DNA of 64,000 nt, taken from NCBI RefSeq assembly GCF_009914755.1, contig NC_060934.1. The stretch is one strand, 5' to 3'. The notes beneath the pieces are model-generated. The model saw nothing but the letters and a program-made list of their open reading frames with translations, ran no database searches and had not been told where the DNA came from. Position numbers and translations under genes: made by a program. Origin of the DNA: the human T2T-CHM13v2.0 reference genome, Homo sapiens. Of this stretch, positions 58,393 through 64,000 are shown piece after piece; positions within the stretch are counted from its first letter, which is position 1, and every line of letters starts with the position of its first letter.

Positions 58393-58591
58393 GTCCCCGG
58401 CCAGTTGTGTATATGCAGCATGCCCTGTTTGCAGACAATGCCTACTGGCTTGAGAATTATGCTAATGGAAGCCTTGGATTCCTTCTAGCAGATGCAGGTT
58501 ATGATGTATGGATGGGAAACAGTCGGGGAAACACTTGGTCAAGAAGACACAAAACACTCTCAGAGACAGATGAGAAATTCTGGGCCTTTAG
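58393..58591 (+). CDS. LIPN: LIPN coding exon 3 (YMQHAL...[18 protein letters not shown])
   Basis: Long CT tract, ccaccag|GT...TTTAG|gtaaat, 199 nt, frame intact. Confidence 0.98.
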
Positions 58592-60251
58592 GTAAATATT
58601 AGCTAAGAAAACTCAAGGGGGAAATTGGAGGCAATTTAAAAAAAATAACGTGGACGCTATTAATGATTATCTTTGACGCTTGAAGTCATATAGCTCCTTG
58701 TAGTTTCTGTTAAGATCTCAAAGGAGGGTAACAGCAAGAAGCTCTGATTTTTCACTGATTCTCCCACAGGCAAAGTATGGCATTTCAACAAGATCATTTT
58801 TACATCCAATTCTGTGAATTCTATGCATTAAAAGTATGTCCAAAGAGACAGCTCAGGAAATTATCATGACCAATGTGCACATTCATTCAGCCAATGTTTA
58901 CTGAGTGGCTACTGTATGCGCTGTTCTAGGCCCCGAACATTCAAACAGGGAACAGACAAACTCTCTGACCTCACAAAGCTTATGTTCATTTTAGTGATAA
59001 TTTTACAAGTCATTGCTCCTGGATGGCCAATCAACTGTGTAAAGATGATTTGGACCAGGACCTTATTGATTTAGAGAAACTGTGATTGATTTAGAGAAAC
59101 TGAGATCGCACATAGTACCATTTTCAGGAAAACTCCAATATTAGATTTTTAAAACCTTTTTAATGGGCAATGAAGAAGAATCTTTTTTGATATCTTGTTT
59201 CTTTTAATGGAAGAGTTTTCTGCTGTCACCAGAGGACAGGCTGATGCCTGCGATAGACTTTTCTTTCTTCAGGCCTAAGCTCCCTGTTGGTTTGTAAACC
59301 TGATGCTAGAACAGAGTGTGTATTCCTACTACATTAATAAAACATTCAGTACCCACTGAAAGTTTGAGAATAGTGGAGGAATAGAATAGAATGTTATAGT
59401 CTGAGTTCTTGGGCAGGGGCAAGCATCAGGAAATATTGAATCATTAGTCTTTAGGAGGTGTCACAACAATTCTCCTATTCTTGTAAGTCCCAATCTATAG
59501 ATTTCCTCACATGTTCTTTTAATAAACAGGCTTCTAGCTTATGGAATACTTGATTTGACTAAATGTTATATAGGCCCTTTTGTTCCTCCTGTCTGAAGAA
59601 CAAAATACTAGTACTATGGAATATTGGTATATATTAAATATATATCTATATATCCATGTGGACAGGAATACTACTACTAACAACATCTTACTGAGCACCC
59701 ACTGGCAGCCAGAGTCGTTTCTTTCATACTATTAAACCCCGTTAGCAGCCCCGTAAACCAGGTACTACCCTGTTTATTTCCCAAATGAGAAAACATAGGC
59801 TCAGAGCATTTCAGTAATTTCTCAAGAGTTGCAAAGGCCATAAATAGTAGAATCATGATTTACAAAACCCCTGTTTCCAAAGATGGGTATTAAATGGTCC
59901 TAACAATTGTGAAGCCTCATGTGGGAGTCAGAAGTAGAGGCACACAAGCCAGATGGGGAAAGGGAGGGCAAAGAAAAGCAAGAGAAGGGAAGGAAGAGGA
60001 GGGATCATAAGGTTGAACTTCAAATATCATACACAAGTTTCGAAAGTGTTCCTCTTATAAGGAAGTAAAATGTACATATGCAGAAAAACAAAAAGCTACA
60101 ATAGCCTACATATAATTGGATAAATAATGAAATACACATTGAATCTAAGTAAACAGCATAGAATCTGGGTGTAAAAAAGAAGTGAGCAAGTGCTCTGAGT
60201 TTTAAACTTAAACTTGCAAGTATTTATAAAAGCCCCTGTTTTATTTTGCAG

Positions 60252-60361
60252 TTTTGATGAAATGGCCAAATATGATCTCCCAGGAGTAATAGACTTCATT
60301 GTAAATAAAACTGGTCAGGAGAAATTGTATTTCATTGGACATTCACTTGGCACTACAATAG
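60252..60361 (+). CDS. LIPN: LIPN coding exon 4 (nucleophile elbow GHSLG)
   Basis: ttttgcag|T...ATAG|gtatgt, 110 nt. Confidence 0.98.
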
Positions 60362-61699
60362 GTATGTTTATGAGGGTCACTGTTAGGTGTGTTTTTGAGG
60401 GTCAGTTTTCTCAGAGTCTTACAGGAGTTCACCTTTATGTTGGAATAAAACAACTGTTACTTATAGTGCCCTCAATTCCCTGTCCTCTGCTGGGAATAAC
60501 CCTAGTACTCTAAGTAGCTGTGAGCCTGCAGTGCACAGACTATATGTAGGGCAAACCTTTCCTGGGTCTCTGGTCACAGCAGCATATTGACTACGGTGAT
60601 GCAACTTCCCAGGAATAACATGTGTTCCAAATTCAAAGAAATAATTCCACAGAGTAAGTTTCTAGATTCCCTCTGAGCTGAAAAAGTAAAATTCAATGCC
60701 ATGGAATATGGCTGAAACATAATAAATGTGCATCAATCATCTCTTTCTCACAACCCAAATGGGATTTTTAAAAAATAAAAGGGAAGGGCTTATACCTATA
60801 TTTAAACAAATTGAAAAGGCATGGTTATATTTGTTTGTGAGTTGGAACACACAAGCTTACTATAATAAATCAATTGAGCTTATCTATTCAGTGTGTGATT
60901 TAGTATTTATGAAATAGCAAGTAAATGTAAGCACTATGTAGAAATTTCTAAAGTTTTTTAAGCTGACAACTTACTTCTTAATTTACTTACTTTACTTAAT
61001 TTACTTTACAATTTACTTTCCAGGTATTTTGGAAAGAAATCAATAATCTAGTTCCAAGTAAAAGTTGAAAGGAACCCACACTAATAAAAGCTTTGAATTT
61101 GTCATTGAACTTCCACTAAAGTTTCCAATTTTAAGAGAATAAATCATGTGAAAGTGCAATATTTCAGTTTAGGGAAATATTTTCATTATCACCACTATCA
61201 TCAGTAACAAACATATATTCATTAGTATTTTAGATTGACAGGCACTTTCCAAGCTCAGAACAGGCAGTTAGCATCAGTCAGCATATACTAAAAAAGTATC
61301 AAAGAACTCATAGGAGATCAAAAATGCCACCAATAGGCAAATAATTACAGTATCTAACACTTATTGAGCATTCGTTATGTGTAGGGTCTTGTGTTCAGGA
61401 CCTTCCCCACAGTATCTCCCTCTGATCTTCAAAACAACCCGAATGTTATTATCCCCATCTCATAGAAGAAGAAACACAAGTTCAGAACACAGATTCAAAC
61501 CAGATGTATCTGATTTCACCAATAGGGTGTGTAAGGATTCCGGAGAAATGGTGTAGAGAAGAAGAAATGACTTTAGTTGGTTTTGGAAAGTGGGTAGGAC
61601 TTAGATATGCTCTTATACTTGATCTGCAAAAAAAAAAAAAAAAAAAAAACCATGGAGAATTTGATTATCTGTGCTCTGTGTTTCATTTAGGACATAAAT

Positions 61700-61890
61700 A
61701 TTTTTAGTGACTGTTGTTTGCATTTTGGACAGAGCAATTTCTGTTATGTAAGGAGCACCCACTCTTTGTAGGACATTTAGTAGGTCCCAGCCCATTAAAC
61801 AGGGCTCTGCAGTCAGCGTGACCCTCAAAAATCTCACCTCCACACATTTCCAAACACCCTCTGGGGAAGTACTATTCCTGATTCAGAGTC
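61700..61890. mobile_element. MER20-like hAT fossil
   Basis: tgtaggacatttagt...cacacatttccaaacaccctctgggg. Confidence 0.5.
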
Positions 61891-61969
61891 TTTTTATCAA
61901 TTGTTCAGTCAATTATTTCAGTTCTTCTTTTTCTGGCCAAGACAGTTTTAATGTTCCAACAAGTGTTTC

Positions 61970-61972
<3 letters not shown>

Positions 61973-62009
<37 letters not shown>
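61973..62009. repeat. (CA)n microsatellite
   Basis: About 18 CA units. Confidence 0.95.
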
Positions 62010-62011
<2 letters not shown>

Positions 62012-62738
62012 CCAGTGGAGGCCCAGGAAGGGACCTCTGGAAACCAAATTATATGGATATTCTCCCTAGCCTACCCAGTGTTGTGCTAATCTCCATCCTC
62101 ACAGATATACAAAGGGGTGCAATGCTACTGCTGAAAGAGCAAAGCAAATGGAGATGCCTGGTCCTTACTGGGCCATCGTGGATGCTAGGGAAAGCCCCTT
62201 TCTTTTTGGAAACAGGGAAGAGTCTAGAGGGTTGAAAAACACCCAGTAAGACACTGGGAGCAGTGAAATTTCATTCCATAGTGAGAAAGAAAACCTGTTA
62301 GAATAACTGGGTGATGCTGCAGAAAGAAATCAATTCACCTCCTGTGACTGATTATTTGCTTCTGGAAACTCTGTGATTCATTCTGGCATCTCAGAGTTAG
62401 GGATGAAATGAGAATGTTGCCAGCATTTACCCCATGCTTGGGAAGTTTACACAGCAGTAGCTACTCCAGCAGCTTAACCATCACCTTTCCCCTGCCAACT
62501 ACTCCATTTCCCCCAATCAAGTCAAACTGTCCATAAATAGAATAAAATAAAATTGGAGACTTGAGAGCAGAGAAGACTGAAGGCAGATTATCTTTATAGA
62601 ATAACTCAGAAGACTTCCAATTCATCCCCAGTATGATCACGATAGAAGGAAAAAATGACTAAGCAGAGCCCCAATTTTGTTAGAAACACTGCGTAAGTAT
62701 TTATTTTTACAAGATTGTCTTATCTCCTGTTCTCTCAG

Positions 62739-62875
62739 GGTTTGTAGCCTTTTCCACCATGCCTGAACTGGCACAAAGAATCAAAATGAATTTTGCCTTG
62801 GGTCCTACGATCTCATTCAAATATCCCACGGGCATTTTTACCAGGTTTTTTCTACTTCCAAATTCCATAATCAAG
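62739..62875 (+). CDS. LIPN: LIPN coding exon 5 (GFVAFSTMPELAQRIKMNFALGP...); gene continues beyond the window
   Basis: ctctcag|GG...AAG|gtaggc, 137 nt. Confidence 0.97.
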
Positions 62876-64000
62876 GTAGGCTCCTTTCAACAAAATGTAC
62901 CTGAGGATCTCATTTTGGATCATAAATCCTTATTATTTTCAAATCTACTGTAAAGTAAAAGTAGGAAATTTAGATAAAATCTATAGAACTTAGACTCTGT
63001 GGGTATGTGCTTGTGTATGTGTGTCCCTGCGTGTGCGCATGTCTGTGCCATAGTATCTGCAGGTTCTGTAATACAATTTACTATACAAGGTCATCAGCAG
63101 GCTGAGTATATGTCAGAATTTCTAGCTGAACTGAGTGCTATATGACAACAAGGATTTTTCTTGTTTTCCCAAGTGTTTTTTGTTCCATTTAGTCAGGTAG
63201 GTCAATGAATTCACATTGCCCAAATGAAAGACACTTCAAGTTACCCATAATCACTGATGTGTCCAATTTTGACATTAGAAAAACCTGATTAATATATTCC
63301 TTCCAATATGGAAACTTGCCCTAATAACTAAAGCTAAGATTCCAAAGCCTAAATGTATTACAGCTCAAGTATTAATTCAAATATTTATTGGTTATTTTTC
63401 AGGAGTTGAAAAAGTCATTTGGTTGCCAATTGTGGATTTGGGATTTTATCTATTAAAGGGTTTTTTTTTTTTTTCTCTTTGCTTTTGTTTCTCTACAAAG
63501 GTCATTGCCACAATGAACACAGCATTTAATCAAATTCCAGATTGGCCTTTGAACTTGGGATGATGGATAAAATGGATTTGGGCCAAAATTGAAGTCAAGG
63601 AGACCAGTTAGAATATCAAAATAATTCATATATAAGAAAATGAGACGTTGGTTTGGGGTAGAGTGGTAGGAATGAAAAAAATTATTTGTGAGCTAACACA
63701 AGGAATAATTTCCATAGGGCCTAATAATAGTTAGGTCTGATAATACTATGGTCTGATAATAGTTTTATTGTATTGTTTACTGAGAGCACAAATGATGTAA
63801 CTTCCTTATTCAAGAGCTTTTCTAGTTTATTTAAAAATGTGTTGACATCAGTTAGGTTTTAATGTTTTCTATATTTGGACAGTGTGAGCAAACTAATTTG
63901 TTAAATTAAATTCAGAGAGAGATACATCTATCTGTAAATACATATATGCGTTGTTTGTGTTGCTCTTCCTACATAGGTCAGCTATAAGGCAAATAATGTT

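Noticed and set aside
58561-58570. Possible LIPN frameshift allele at the GAGA in coding exon 3 (site of a reported ichthyosis 2-bp deletion, from memory)
   Set aside because: The exon is the full 199 nt and in frame, so there is no lesion.

Overview
This is AT-rich, repeat-dense primate DNA, very likely human 10q23, from the epidermal acid-lipase cluster. It holds all of LIPK on the + strand: a candidate non-coding exon 1 near 240-307 and nine coding exons from 18538 to 46755. These sum to 1200 nt (399 aa) with an intact Ser172/Asp343/His372 triad. The 5' part of LIPN follows on the + strand (five coding exons, 55405-62875, running off the window). A near full-length processed KRT8 pseudogene with a target-site duplication (TSD) lies in sense orientation in LIPK intron 3. 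A full-length old L1 (L1PA16-like) with a nested L1 fragment and Alu fills the last LIPK intron. There are also about 12 Alus/FLAM, MaLR LTRs, DNA-transposon fossils and microsatellites. There are no prokaryotic features or CRISPR arrays, and I see no convincing novel gene system. The most interesting signals are: (1) about 10-fold CpG asymmetry, CTCF-like motifs and an in-frame cryptic exon in the KRT8 retrocopy; (2) an upstream AUG whose frame depends on a 4-nt tandem splice acceptor of LIPK; (3) a poly(A) hexamer overlapping the LIPK stop codon; (4) several template-switch scars. Repeat subfamily names and comparisons to KRT8/LIPA come from recalled consensus sequences and need confirming by alignment.
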